Part shown: positions 9,763 to 20,499 of the stretch, piece after piece | Layout: every line of letters begins with the position of its first letter | Position numbering within the stretch: position 1 is the stretch's first letter | Assembly: GCA_963796275.1 (NCBI GenBank) | Contig: CAWCKY010000001.1 | Span: forward strand, 1,152,001 to 1,216,000 | Direction of reading: 5' to 3' | DNA: 64,000 nucleotides | DNA from: an uncultured Acidobacteriota bacterium | GTDB lineage: Bacteria; Acidobacteriota; Blastocatellia; RBC074 | Notes under the pieces: generated by a model | Told to the model about the DNA's origin: nothing | What the model saw: the letters and a program-made list of their open reading frames with translations, nothing else | Database searches by the model: none | Translations under genes and position numbers: made by a program

Positions 9763-11415
9763 TTACTGACGGATCGATGTTTTGGCTCGACGCCAGGATC
9801 TGAGTGCGAGGTCCTCGGCCTTCGGCATTTCGGAGACCGCGCGCTGCAACTGCGGATCGAGCGGTGCCATACCCTGTTCTGCTCTGTCGGCTCCGTAGGC
9901 GGCCAATAATACCTCCCGGCGGATCTGGTTACTCGCCCAGGTCAGGTTGAGCTTATCGTCGACCATGGCCGTTGTCACTCCATATTCGGGGTGCTCTTTA
10001 TAAAACACGTCGGCGAAATCGCGATAAAGCTTAACCACATCATCGTTGACGATGTACTCATTCCCCTGTAGATCGTAGTCGTATGTGATGCCGTTCAGCT
10101 TGAACTGCGTGTGGCCCGCTACTTGACCCGAGACGAGATCGCGTACGAAGAGGCATAGAGCGTGATATAAGCGATCCTGAGCGGGTGTGAACCCGGGCGC
10201 ATTATCAACCTTGACGTCGGGCTCGATGCCCCCGCCCCCGTAAACGATGCGGCCGAGGTCGGTCTTCCTCTCGTCGGTGCGCCGCTTCGCCGCCTCTGCG
10301 CCGTTGGCGCTGCGACGGAAGTAATACTCGAAGAGCGAGCCGTTCGAGTAATCGCGCTGTATGAGACGCCCGCTCGGAGTGTAGTAATGAGCTATCGTGA
10401 GAATGAGCGCGCCGCTGTTCGGCATCGGGAATATCCCTTGAACGAGCCCTTTGCCGAAACTCGATTCGCCTACGATTAACCCGCGGTCGTGATCTTGGAT
10501 GGCTCCGGCGACGATCTCCGAAGCGGACGCCGAGAACCGGTCGATCATAACGACGAGTGGGAAGTTTTCATCGGTCCCGTTCTCCGCTACGGCGTTTTGA
10601 TTGCTGTTGCGCCCGCCGCGCCCACGGAGCGAGACGATGGACTGGCCCCGCTTCAGGAACTGATCGCAGACGCGGATCGCCTGATCGTAATAGCCGCCGT
10701 TATTATTGCGCAGGTCGAGGATGAAGCGATCCGCGCCCTTCTCACGCAAAAACTCCATCGCTTTCTCCAGCTCTTCGCTCGTCGTCGACTGGAAGCTGCG
10801 CGTCAAACCGATGTAGCCGATGTTCGGTTTGATCAGGTAGTAGTTGGGAATCGATGGGCGATAGATGCCGTCACGGGTGATTTTCGCCGTCAGGGGCTCT
10901 GCAACTCCAAGACGCTTGACCGTCACCGTAACCTGCGTGCCGCGCGGTCCGAGCAATAACTCGCTCACACGTGGCGAATTCCAGATCGTCGTATCCTTGC
11001 CGTTAACGGCGACGATCTGGTCGCCGTAGCGGAATCCCGCCCTCGATGCGGGGCTTCCTTTGAACGGCTCGACGATATATGTCCCTTGATTTATTGTCCG
11101 TACGTAAGAGCCGATACCGTAATACTCGCTGTTCTGCTTCTCTAAAAATTCGCGGAAAGTTTTACGATCCATGTAGTCCGAATGCGGATCGAGAGATTTA
11201 AGCATTCCCTGTATCGCCGATTTTGTCAGCGTGTCCTGATCGAGCTCGGCCGTATATTTTTCACGGATGATCTCGAGCGCTTTCTGATACTGATCGATCA
11301 GCTTTTGCCGGGACGCCCCGTCCTGTGCGTTGACAATCGCCGGCAACGTGATAACCGCGCAAATCAGCACGGCAATAAAGATCGCGATCGTAGGCTTCTG
11401 TCCGCTTTTATTCAT
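9763..11415 (-). CDS. S41 family carboxy-terminal processing peptidase (PDZ-containing)
   Basis: LDPHS, PDZ domain, [34 protein letters not shown] and YYTPSGR. Start placed at ATG 11415, which has a GAGGAG RBS. Confidence 0.95.
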   Translation of the reverse strand: MNKSGQKPTIAIFIAVLICAVITLPAIVNAQDGASRQKLIDQYQKALEIIREKYTAELDQDTLTKSAIQGMLKSLDPHSDYMDRKTFREFLEKQNSEYYGIGSYVRTINQGTYIVEPFKGSPASRAGFRYGDQIVAVNGKDTTIWNSPRVSELLLGPRGTQVTVTVKRLGVAEPLTAKITRDGIYRPSIPNYYLIKPNIGYIGLTRSFQSTTSEELEKAMEFLREKGADRFILDLRNNNGGYYDQAIRVCDQFLKRGQSIVSLRGRGGRNSNQNAVAENGTDENFPLVVMIDRFSASASEIVAGAIQDHDRGLIVGESSFGKGLVQGIFPMPNSGALILTIAHYYTPSGRLIQRDYSNGSLFEYYFRRSANGAEAAKRRTDERKTDLGRIVYGGGGIEPDVKVDNAPGFTPAQDRLYHALCLFVRDLVSGQVAGHTQFKLNGITYDYDLQGNEYIVNDDVVKLYRDFADVFYKEHPEYGVTTAMVDDKLNLTWASNQIRREVLLAAYGADRAEQGMAPLDPQLQRAVSEMPKAEDLALRSWRRAKTSIRQ

Positions 11416-11711
11416 TTGGTAGCTCCTCGTTATAAACATTTATCGGGTTGTTCCGGCGTTCGGGATACTAACATTGAATCAGGGGTTGCCGTGGCGAGGA
11501 GGAAACGAGAAGACGCAATAGAGGGCAAAAAGCGCAAAAATACCTGGCCTTTTATCCTTGTCACCAAATTTCGTCGTTTTCGTTCCCGTGTGCATATCTG
11601 TGAAAGATGATAACTAAAAATATAGAGTTCAAACATTATCAGCTTGTCACAGCTTTTCATCAAGTGGCAGGGGCAATTAAGCGGGATGAAGCGGCCAAAT
11701 ATGAGCTTCAA

Positions 11712-13133
11712 CTATGGTTTGGAGTCCGGCGAATTGCGGCTGCGCCCCTTTTTCGCAGGTTCGATCGTGATATTCGTGAATGAAATGGTACCGGCGTTCT
11801 GCAACACCTCGCTCGACTCCACTCCGCGGAACACACAATCGCTGAAACGTATATCGTCGATGACAGCGCCGGGAAAACCGGCGATCCACAGGACGCGAGG
11901 ACTCGATGCGCTTTTGACCTGTTCGATCGAGACGTTGCGGACGACCGGACGATGAGGCCCGTTGGCTCCGGTCTCGTAGAGAAAATCGATCGTCAGGATC
12001 GCTTCCGCAACCCGGCCGATCTCCACATTGCGCATGAAGATATTTTCAATCACTCCGCCGCGCAGGGCGTTCGACTTGAAACGAAGCGCGCGGTCCAGGT
12101 TCGGGCTGTCCATTTTGCAGTTATCGACGAATACGTTGCGCACTCCGCCCGAGATCTCGCTGCCCATAACGACGCCGCCGTGGCCATCTTTCATCGTGCA
12201 ATTGCGGACGACGATGTTTTCAGAAGGCGTGGCGAGACGCCGCCCGTCATTATTTCTGCCCGACTTGATGGCGATGCAATCATCGCCCGTATCGAAGAGG
12301 CAATCTTCAATCAGAACGTCACGGCTCGATTCCGGATTGCAGCCGTCGTTGTTCGGCCCGTGGCTGATGACAGTGATGCCGCGCACGGTCACGTTCGAGC
12401 AGAGCACCGGATGAATCTCCCACATAGGTGAGTTATTGATTGTCACGCCCTCGATCAAAATATTGCGGCTGCGATATGGTTGAATGAAGTTGGGGCGTAA
12501 TTGATATTCGGCGCCGAAGACTCGTTGCTCGACCGGAACCCCGCGGTCATTGAAATCGAGCAGACGGCGGATACTGGCCGCTCCTTTCTCGCTCCGCTTC
12601 CAAGCCCACCAATTTTCTAGCGAGGCCGAGCCATCGAGCACACCTTTCCCCGTGATAGCGAGATTCTCCTGCTCGAAGGCATAGATGAGCGGCGAATAGT
12701 TCATACACTCCGTCCCTTCGAAGCGTGTGAAGACGGCCGGCAGGTATTTCGCGGGATCAGGAATGAACTTGAGCGTCGCGCCTTCAGAAATATGCAGGTT
12801 GACGTTGCTCTTGAGGTGAACAGCTCCCGTCAGGAATACTCCGGCGGGGACTACGACGCGCCCACCGCCCGCAGCGTTACAGGCTGCAATAGCTTGTCGA
12901 ATGGCGTCGGTGCAATCTGCCTGGGCGCCGGAAACCGCACCGTAGTCTTTTATATTGAAATCGCGATTGGGAAAGGTAGGCGGTTTGATACGGCTCAAAA
13001 TTCCCGGGAGCTGCGCCCACCCGGGATTCGACTGATCCTTTTGAAACGCGTGGCTTCGGAAGCCGACATATCCGCTTAGAATTAGTGAGGCAATAAACAA
13101 CGCGATGCTTGATTGGTGTAATAGTTTGATCAT
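11712..13133 (-). CDS. Glycoside hydrolase family 28 (polygalacturonase)
   Basis: Catalytic motifs PNNDG, TGDDCIAIKSG, GHGG and RFKS, with a signal peptide. Confidence 0.95.
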   Translation of the reverse strand: MIKLLHQSSIALFIASLILSGYVGFRSHAFQKDQSNPGWAQLPGILSRIKPPTFPNRDFNIKDYGAVSGAQADCTDAIRQAIAACNAAGGGRVVVPAGVFLTGAVHLKSNVNLHISEGATLKFIPDPAKYLPAVFTRFEGTECMNYSPLIYAFEQENLAITGKGVLDGSASLENWWAWKRSEKGAASIRRLLDFNDRGVPVEQRVFGAEYQLRPNFIQPYRSRNILIEGVTINNSPMWEIHPVLCSNVTVRGITVISHGPNNDGCNPESSRDVLIEDCLFDTGDDCIAIKSGRNNDGRRLATPSENIVVRNCTMKDGHGGVVMGSEISGGVRNVFVDNCKMDSPNLDRALRFKSNALRGGVIENIFMRNVEIGRVAEAILTIDFLYETGANGPHRPVVRNVSIEQVKSASSPRVLWIAGFPGAVIDDIRFSDCVFRGVESSEVLQNAGTISFTNITIEPAKKGRSRNSPDSKP

Positions 13134-13242
13134 TTCCTTCTCGTAATTGGCGCCGCGGGCGGATGCCCTGCGAGAGTCTCAATCAGCAGACGTTTATGCC
13201 GTCTGTTTATGAATCCTCGCTCGCTATCCTCGCGGTACTGAT

Positions 13243-16200
13243 TTAGAACGTCAACCGAATGCCGTACTGGAGCTCGCGGCCCGTATATTCCGTGCGCTTC
13301 CTGGTGACTTTGCCGAAAGTCGCCGGTGCCGTGAAATCGACGCCCGGATTATCCCAGTTGATATGGTTGAACGCGTTGTAAGCTTCAAAGCGCGCCTCCA
13401 GCTTGAAGCGCTCGGTGATCTTGAACGACTTGCTCATAGTCATGTCGGTCTGCCAAATTCCCGGCCCGACGACGCCGGGGAACGTCCATGGATTGGTCCG
13501 CGGAGTCTCCGGACTCGACGTCGGTGGGGTTGGCACCTGGTGGAACATCGAGATATCGAACCATTGACCATCTGTCCCTTTGGTCGGGTTGTCGAGCCTC
13601 GGGTTACCATCAACAATCAGGCTCTGATTGAACTGAAGCGTCCTGCCCGAATAGTAGCGGGTAGCCGTGGTGAACTGCCAGCCGCCCACCGCCATATCTA
13701 CTACCTTGGGTACGTTCTTGAGCAGTAAGCCGCTCTTGCCCACCGGAATCTCCCACGTCAAAGCGTTGGTAATACGATGCCGCGGGCTAGCCGAATTGCG
13801 CCAATCAAACTGGCGCAAGAAAGTGGCTCGGTCATCGAAAAACTCCGTCGTTTGTTCCCGGTTATAGGCGTAGGCCACGAAGAAACTTAATCCTTTATAA
13901 AATGGTCGTTGCGCCTCGATATCAAAGGTGTGAAGGCGCAACTTTCTGCCAGCCGTATTCGTCTGGTTGATTGCCCCGTATTGGGGATACGGCCTCAACA
14001 GTGTCCCGAAGGCGACTGTATTCTGATTTCGAAGTGCGCCGGGGAACTTATCCTGCGTCAGATAGTTGTGGAATGGGTTCATCACATTGTCGTTCAAAGT
14101 GGCGCGGGGTTGCTCATACCTGAAGGCAGGATCTGCCATATTCAGGTCGATCGTATAGGGGAGGTTGGTGCCGTAGTTAAAGAAATATGTGAAGTCGAGC
14201 ACGATTCGATTCCACACCTCTCTTTGATAGGAGAGGTTGAACCTGTCGTTGATTGGCGGCCTCTGTCGGAACTCGTCAAAACTGACCGGATTACCCAGGT
14301 TGGTGTAGCGCCCCAGCGTTTGATTGGTGGGCTGCTGCACCGGATTGCTGGAGGGATAGGGGTTGGACAGAAACACCTGGGGTTTGCCGGTTTGCAGGGG
14401 AGGGGCAAAGGTCGTCGTCGCGTACCCAGTATAGGCATCGACAAAATCGCCGAGCGGGTCGCGGATTCTGCTCGACGGTTGCATATAGCGAGCGTAACCG
14501 AACCTGATCGCCGACTTGTCGTTGAGACGATAAGCTCCGCCCAGCCTCGGCAGCAGGTTCAGCACCTTCCTGTCCCAGGCGTGGCGATTATTCTCGTCCA
14601 CGAATATCCACGCGCCATTGTAAATAGATTGGTAACCCCTGGCCGCCAGCAGCGTCTGCGCCCGGGTCAAATCAGCACTCGCGGGCGGAGTAGATTGAAA
14701 TTCCGGGATCGGGCTGTTCAGGTCGATCCTCTGTGAGAGGCGGTTTTGCGCGTCGATGGGGCCGGGCTCGTACTCCCAACGAAGGCCGAGGTTGAGTGTG
14801 AGCCGGTTGTTGACCTTGAAATCGTCCATGAAATATGTGGCATACCCGAAAGTGATCACCTCCTGCACGGGGACGCGCCTCGCGAAGTTATTGCTGGTTG
14901 TGCTGACTGCGTTTGGCTCGAGTGCGCCGAGGAGAAACGACGCCCACTCGCTTCCGGTCTCGTTCAGATTTGGGTTGGCCGCCTGGTCGGCGGTGAGATT
15001 GGCCCTGAAAAGGAAATTGATCGGTTCGAAACGCGCGCCCCGACCCCTGTCGACGCGCATTTCGCCTCCGAACTTGATCGAGTGATCGCCGACGTACTTG
15101 TTCAAGCGCGCCGACCATCCCCATCCCTGGGGATGTTGCCAGAATTCTCTTCCGGTTCGCCCAAGGCGATTGTTACTGCCGACGTCTATAGCCGGGTAGT
15201 AGATCTGGTCGATCGTGTAGAGCGACGAGTACCAGGGGTTGCCGGGCCACAGCTGTTCCAATCCCTCCTGACCGATCAAGACGGGGGGGACCGATGCCTC
15301 GTCTGTCAGCTGGTGGAAGTTGCCGCGCACGTTCAGGACCGTCGTCGGCGAGATCGTATAGACCGTGTCTGCCGCGATGTTGAAGCCGTAGCGATTGCTT
15401 CCGGTGATCGGGAAGAGTTTCTTGTCGGTGGGATTTGCCTCGAGCAGGGTCGCCTTGTATTGCCCGTACCGTACAAAGGTCTTCCAATTCTCCGAGATGC
15501 TCCAGTCCATGCGCGTCGAGATGTTCCAGTAATCTACGTTCTCTGTCTTCAAACCCTGCCAGTTCTGGTTGTTGCCGGATAGGTTGGGCAGGGGAATCTC
15601 TTTCAATAATTTCAGGGCTGTGGGGTCCATCCTGTCGAGCGGGATAACATTAGGCACTTGAAGAAATGCACTGCGCGCGCCGTTGGTGCCGGTGGAGGTA
15701 TCCGGATCGTATATCGTGATGGGCCGGCCGTTGCGTAAGGTTTGTGTGAAATCTCCCTGCCGCTCCCGCTCCGTCGGCAATGTCAGTACTACGGTGATGG
15801 GACGGGCATCGCTCCATTTCTCGAATGAGGTGAAAAAAAAGAGCTTGTTCTTGACGATGGGGCCGCCCATCGATGCGCCATAGATCTTCAAGTTTGTACC
15901 CCGAAACGGGGTCTCATCAGCTCCGATTTTCCGCGCGATCGTCGGATCGGCGAAGGCATTGAATTTGGGACTGCGTCCGTGGGCATAAGCTGAGCCGTGG
16001 AACTCGTTCGATCCCGATCTCGTGTTCACGATGACAATTCCGCCCGAGCTATATCCATATTCCGAGTCGACGGCGTTCTTTTGAAAGGTGACTTCCTTGA
16101 CGGCATCGATCGAGGGCGTGTAGGAACTTTTATAGCTCGAGGTTAACGGGACGCCGTCGAGCTGAATATCGTTGGCCCGCGTCGTTCCTCCGCCCGCGTC

Positions 16201-16761
16201 GAATTCGTTACCGAAAGAGTGATGATATGGCCGGTTCTCCGCGTTTTCTCCGCCATTGATCGTCGGATCCAGGGTGGAGAGGTTATATGGGTTTCGTCCG
16301 CGGATGGGCAGTTGGTCAACGAGTTTGGTCTCGATCGTCATAGCCGTGTTGCTCGAGTTGAACTGCACGGCGGCCGGCGAGTCTTGAACAGTGATCACTT
16401 CGGTGAGACCGCCAACCTCGAGATGAGCATCTACGGTCACATCTGCCCGATTCTGCACGGTGATGTTGCGTTGCTCGAACCTCTTGAAACCCTGCGCCTC
16501 GACGATGATCGTATAGACGCCCGATTCGACGAAGTCGAAGATATAGCGCCCTTCGGCATTCGTCTGGCGTGACACTTCCACGCCCGTGCCGTCGTTCCTG
16601 AGGACGACTCTGGCGTTCGCGAGAGCGCCGGCGCCTTTGTCTATGACTACGCCTTGTACTTTACCGCGGTAATCCTGGGCAGAAACGAATATTGACAACG
16701 TGAGAAGTGCCGAAATTGAGCTGAGAATGCAGTGTTTCCAATGAGATTGCTGAGATGCCAT
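13243..16761 (-). CDS. TonB-dependent outer-membrane receptor (Oar-like, N-terminal carboxypeptidase-regulatory domain)
   Basis: Signal peptide, CarboxypepD_reg-like N-terminus, plug (LPIRGRN, TRSGSNEFHGS), LNLGLRWEY and C-terminal RELQYGIRLTF. Confidence 0.93.
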   Translation of the reverse strand: MASQQSHWKHCILSSISALLTLSIFVSAQDYRGKVQGVVIDKGAGALANARVVLRNDGTGVEVSRQTNAEGRYIFDFVESGVYTIIVEAQGFKRFEQRNITVQNRADVTVDAHLEVGGLTEVITVQDSPAAVQFNSSNTAMTIETKLVDQLPIRGRNPYNLSTLDPTINGGENAENRPYHHSFGNEFDAGGGTTRANDIQLDGVPLTSSYKSSYTPSIDAVKEVTFQKNAVDSEYGYSSGGIVIVNTRSGSNEFHGSAYAHGRSPKFNAFADPTIARKIGADETPFRGTNLKIYGASMGGPIVKNKLFFFTSFEKWSDARPITVVLTLPTERERQGDFTQTLRNGRPITIYDPDTSTGTNGARSAFLQVPNVIPLDRMDPTALKLLKEIPLPNLSGNNQNWQGLKTENVDYWNISTRMDWSISENWKTFVRYGQYKATLLEANPTDKKLFPITGSNRYGFNIAADTVYTISPTTVLNVRGNFHQLTDEASVPPVLIGQEGLEQLWPGNPWYSSLYTIDQIYYPAIDVGSNNRLGRTGREFWQHPQGWGWSARLNKYVGDHSIKFGGEMRVDRGRGARFEPINFLFRANLTADQAANPNLNETGSEWASFLLGALEPNAVSTTSNNFARRVPVQEVITFGYATYFMDDFKVNNRLTLNLGLRWEYEPGPIDAQNRLSQRIDLNSPIPEFQSTPPASADLTRAQTLLAARGYQSIYNGAWIFVDENNRHAWDRKVLNLLPRLGGAYRLNDKSAIRFGYARYMQPSSRIRDPLGDFVDAYTGYATTTFAPPLQTGKPQVFLSNPYPSSNPVQQPTNQTLGRYTNLGNPVSFDEFRQRPPINDRFNLSYQREVWNRIVLDFTYFFNYGTNLPYTIDLNMADPAFRYEQPRATLNDNVMNPFHNYLTQDKFPGALRNQNTVAFGTLLRPYPQYGAINQTNTAGRKLRLHTFDIEAQRPFYKGLSFFVAYAYNREQTTEFFDDRATFLRQFDWRNSASPRHRITNALTWEIPVGKSGLLLKNVPKVVDMAVGGWQFTTATRYYSGRTLQFNQSLIVDGNPRLDNPTKGTDGQWFDISMFHQVPTPPTSSPETPRTNPWTFPGVVGPGIWQTDMTMSKSFKITERFKLEARFEAYNAFNHINWDNPGVDFTAPATFGKVTRKRTEYTGRELQYGIRLTF

Positions 16762-16862
16762 GGTGTACCTCCAGTACTGGTGCGGATGAAACTTGAAAGG
16801 ATGCGCCGATACTTTACAGGAGCATGGCGCGCCCTGTAAAATTCATTGTTCCGAATACTTTG

Positions 16863-16877
16863 ATCGATTTTTTCGAT
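16863..16877. promoter_or_regulatory. Putative LysR recognition box
   Basis: ATCGA-TTTTT-TCGAT palindrome (T-N11-A) in the divergent TonB receptor/LysR intergenic region. Confidence 0.55.
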
Positions 16878-16894
16878 AGAAGAGAGGCGCTTCA

Positions 16895-17797
16895 CTGGAC
16901 CTCCACAAGCTCAAGATTTTCCACCTGGTGGTGAATGCGGGCGGGTTCACCAACGCCAGCCGCGAACTCTACCTCTCCCAATCGACCGTTAGTCATCACA
17001 TAAAACAGCTCGAAGAAGAGTTGGGATGCCAGCTTTTCCTGCGCGTCGGCAAGCGGGTCATCGCGACCGACGCCGGGGAACTTCTGAGGGAGCATTGTGA
17101 AAAGATTTTTCAGGATGTGAAGAACGCCGAGATGTCCATCAGGGAACTGGCCGGGATGCAGAGAGGGAAGGTGCGCTTCGGGACCGGCTCTACCACGCTG
17201 ATCTATCAGTTGCCGCCCGTGCTCGAGATGTATCAGGCGCGCTATCCCAATATCGAACTGATCGTCGTCTCGGATATCACCGACGTCATTCTGCGCGATG
17301 TTCAGTCTCAGAAGCTGGACCTCGGCCTTGTGATGCTGCCGGTGGAAGAGAAAGGTTTGCAGGTAGAGCCGCTGTGCGATGAAGAACTGAAAGTCGCGAT
17401 CCCCGCCCGCTATCCGCTAGCCCGCAAACGCACGCTAAGTGTCAGGGACGTCACTCAGCTCCGGTTCATCCTCTACGAGAGGAAGACAGTTATGCGCCGG
17501 CTGATCGACAATTTCTTCGCGGAGCTGGGCGTCAACCCGCAGATCGCCATGGTGATGGAAAACATCGAGGCCATTAAAAGTTTGATCGGCGCGGGACTCG
17601 GCGCGTCCGTTCTTCCCATTCATGCAGTCGGCAATGAGGCGGCGGACAGGAAAGTACGTCTCATGCGGGTTCAGCAGCACCCGCTTCATCGGCAGCTCGG
17701 ACTCGTCACGCTTAAATCGGGGTATGTCCCGAATGCCGTTCGCGAATTGAGCAGGATGATTGTTGCTGAGCTGGGCGGCCATAAAAAACAGCAATAA
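16895..17797 (+). CDS. LysR family transcriptional regulator
   Basis: (M)DLHKLKIFHLVVNAGGFTNASRELYLSQSTVSHHIKQLEEELGCQLFLR HTH plus a substrate-binding domain. Homology extends 11 codons upstream of the ORF-track start to a CTG at 16895 with an AGAGG RBS. Confidence 0.95.
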   Translation: MDLHKLKIFHLVVNAGGFTNASRELYLSQSTVSHHIKQLEEELGCQLFLRVGKRVIATDAGELLREHCEKIFQDVKNAEMSIRELAGMQRGKVRFGTGSTTLIYQLPPVLEMYQARYPNIELIVVSDITDVILRDVQSQKLDLGLVMLPVEEKGLQVEPLCDEELKVAIPARYPLARKRTLSVRDVTQLRFILYERKTVMRRLIDNFFAELGVNPQIAMVMENIEAIKSLIGAGLGASVLPIHAVGNEAADRKVRLMRVQQHPLHRQLGLVTLKSGYVPNAVRELSRMIVAELGGHKKQQ

Positions 17798-17808
17798 GTG
17801 GGGATAGT

Positions 17809-20229
17809 ATGAGCGCTAATAACTGGCTGCGGCGTTTGCAAAAATGGCGTGGGGAAGAATCTATTGAAGATGACCTGACCCCTTACCTGGTGCTCTTGCA
17901 GGATATAAACCGCGTAGGAGAACACCTCGCAAGTGAAACCGACGGGCGACTTCAGGAGATGGCGGCCTCATTGAGAGAAAGGGCGCGAACTGGAGCCGCT
18001 TCCGATCGACTGCTGGTCGAAGTTTTTGCATTGGTGAGAGAAGCGGCTCAGAGGATTCTATCGATGCGTCCTTTCGATGTGCAGGTGATGGCGGGAGTGG
18101 CGCTGCATCGGGGGAAACTGGTTGAGATGGAGACCGGAGAGGGGAAGACCCTGGCGGCCGTCTTGCCGGCCTGTCTCAACGCTCTGGCGGGCAAGGGAGT
18201 GCACGTTCTGACCTTCAATGATTATCTCGCTCGTCGCGATGCCGCGTGGATGGGGCCTGTTTATAGGTTCCTCGGCTTGAGTGTTGCCGCCGTTCAGGAG
18301 GGGTTGGGAATCGATGAGCGCCGGGAAGCCTACCGGGCTGATATCACCTACGCTACGGCCAAAGAAGCGGGGTTTGATTTCTTGCGTATGCATCTCTGCA
18401 TCGATCCCGGCGAACTCATCCACAGATCTTTCAATTATGCGATTATCGATGAGGCCGATTCGATTCTGATCGATGAGGCGCGCGTGCCACTGGTGATCGC
18501 CGGAGATCGGCCGACCTCGGAGACCAGCCCATATCAGATCGCTGAGGTCATCAGCCGGCTCAATGAAGGACCGGATTGGGAGACCGATGAAAAGAAGCGA
18601 AATGTGTTTCTCACCGAGATCGGTGTCGACCGGATTGAGAAGGGGTTGAAATGCGGCGATCTGCACGCGGTAGAGAACTACTTGCTTCTGACTGAGGTCA
18701 ACCAGGCGCTCCACGCGAAGGCGCTGCTGCGTCGGGATGTCGATTATATCGTGCGCGGTCAGCGGATCGAGTTAGTGGACGAGTTTACCGGCCGGGTGGT
18801 AGACGACAGGCGCTGGCCCGACGGGTTGCAGGCTGCCCTCGAAGCGAGGGAAGGACTTCCGATTCAGCCTGGCGGACGGATTATAGGATCGATCGCCCTC
18901 CAACATTTCCTCAAGCAATACCCTAAACTGAGCGGCATGACCGCGACGGCACAGTCTGCGGCCGAAGAGGTGGAGGATTTTTATGGTCTCAAGGTGGTTC
19001 CGATTCCGCCCAACAGGCTATGCGTTCGGCGAGATATGCCTGATGTGATCTTCACTCATAAGGCGGCGAAGTATAAAGCGCTGATCGATGAGATCGAACG
19101 AGAGCATAGAACTGGGCGGCCCATCCTGGTGGGCACCTGCAGCGTTGAGGAATCGGAGTTGGTGACGGAGAAACTGCGGGAGTCCGGAATAGGCTGTTCT
19201 GTGCTCAATGCGAAGAACGATGAGGCGGAAGCCGAGATCATAGCCCGTGCAGGAGTTTTGGGAGCGGTCACTATCTCGACAAACATGGCCGGCCGGGGCA
19301 CTGATATCAAGTTGGGGGTGACGACGGAGGAAGAGCGGGAGCAGTTAGTGAGATTGGGCGGGCTTTACGTCATCGGTACCAACCGGCACGAAAGCCGGCG
19401 TATTGATGATCAGCTCAGAGGGCGTGCCGGTCGGCAAGGCGACCCGGGGACATCGCGCTTCTTTGTCAGTTTGGAGGACGATCTGATGGTGCGTTTCGGC
19501 ATCGATAGCCTGATCCCGGGCAAGTTCCGCCCGGTGCCGCAGGATGAGCCTGTCGATCACCTGGTGATACGCAGTGAGGTAGCGCGATTACAGCGGATTG
19601 TCGAAGGGCAGAACTATGAAATTCGCAAGACATTGCGGCGTTATACCTCGCTGGTGGAAGAGCAGCGTAAAAGGGTGGAGGACTGGCGGATGGCAGTCCT
19701 CTTGGGAGAGGATGAACTGGATATCTGCGCTGCGCGCGCCCCGGAACGCTATGGCGTAATCTGTGATCGTTTTGGAAAGGAGATAGCCCAACAGGCCGAA
19801 CGCTCAATCACGCTCTTTCATATCGACCAGTGTTGGGCGGAGCATCTTGCATTCATCGCTCAGGTGCGAGAGGGAATTCATCTTGTGCGTTTTGCAGGAC
19901 TAGATCCTCTGCGGGAGTTCCACAAGCAGATCATCGAGGCTTTTTGGAAATTGCAACAGACCATCGAAGACCGCATTGTAGAGACTTTTACTTCGGTAGA
20001 GATCACGGATGCAGGAATCGATCTTGATAAAGCTGGATTGAACAGACCATCATCGACCTGGACCTATTTGATCAATGACCGAGCGATGAGCGATTTACAT
20101 CAGATGCTCTTCGGTCAAGGTTACGCTTTTGCCGCCGGGTCGGTGATGGCGTTGGCGTTCATAATCGCCTGGGGTATTTGGCGGAGATGGACGGCAAAAA
20201 GCAAAGATGGACAAAAAGCACAAAAATAG
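17809..20229 (+). CDS. secA2: Accessory SecA paralogue (SecA2-like) with a hydrophobic C-terminal tail
   Basis: EMETGEGKT, NDYLARRDA, IDEADSILIDEARVPL, STNMAGRGTDI and QLRGRAGRQGDPG. It is shorter than housekeeping SecA and has no C-terminal Zn finger. Confidence 0.88.
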   Translation: MSANNWLRRLQKWRGEESIEDDLTPYLVLLQDINRVGEHLASETDGRLQEMAASLRERARTGAASDRLLVEVFALVREAAQRILSMRPFDVQVMAGVALHRGKLVEMETGEGKTLAAVLPACLNALAGKGVHVLTFNDYLARRDAAWMGPVYRFLGLSVAAVQEGLGIDERREAYRADITYATAKEAGFDFLRMHLCIDPGELIHRSFNYAIIDEADSILIDEARVPLVIAGDRPTSETSPYQIAEVISRLNEGPDWETDEKKRNVFLTEIGVDRIEKGLKCGDLHAVENYLLLTEVNQALHAKALLRRDVDYIVRGQRIELVDEFTGRVVDDRRWPDGLQAALEAREGLPIQPGGRIIGSIALQHFLKQYPKLSGMTATAQSAAEEVEDFYGLKVVPIPPNRLCVRRDMPDVIFTHKAAKYKALIDEIEREHRTGRPILVGTCSVEESELVTEKLRESGIGCSVLNAKNDEAEAEIIARAGVLGAVTISTNMAGRGTDIKLGVTTEEEREQLVRLGGLYVIGTNRHESRRIDDQLRGRAGRQGDPGTSRFFVSLEDDLMVRFGIDSLIPGKFRPVPQDEPVDHLVIRSEVARLQRIVEGQNYEIRKTLRRYTSLVEEQRKRVEDWRMAVLLGEDELDICAARAPERYGVICDRFGKEIAQQAERSITLFHIDQCWAEHLAFIAQVREGIHLVRFAGLDPLREFHKQIIEAFWKLQQTIEDRIVETFTSVEITDAGIDLDKAGLNRPSSTWTYLINDRAMSDLHQMLFGQGYAFAAGSVMALAFIIAWGIWRRWTAKSKDGQKAQK

Positions 20230-20234
20230 TTTGT

Positions 20235-20300
20235 GCCTTTATGGCTCGCCGCGCCGGTATCCAACAGGCCAGGAGCGCCACGCCAATCAGCATGACGCGA
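20235..20300 (-). pseudogene. Remnant of the C-terminus of an ABC/ADOP-type permease
   Basis: The minus strand reads VMLIGVALLACWIPARRA, the stereotyped end of MacB/FtsX-like ADOP permeases. The rest of the gene is absent. Confidence 0.55.
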
Positions 20301-20499
20301 TGCCAAGTCGCCGATCTACTCGGATCGGTACGACATTTAAATATAAAAATATTTTGAGAATTTATGCTAAGAAACACTGGCCTTCTTGCCCCGGGGAATG
20401 GCTGCAACAATGGCGTCTGGAATCATTGAATACGAAACGTGGGTGGCGAATATAATCCCAAAATTGCTCTTCTCAGGAACAGCTGATATATTGGCGGTG

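Noticed and set aside
13909-15582. 275-aa and 278-aa plus-strand ORFs
   Set aside because: Antisense to the TonB-dependent receptor, with no recognisable domain.
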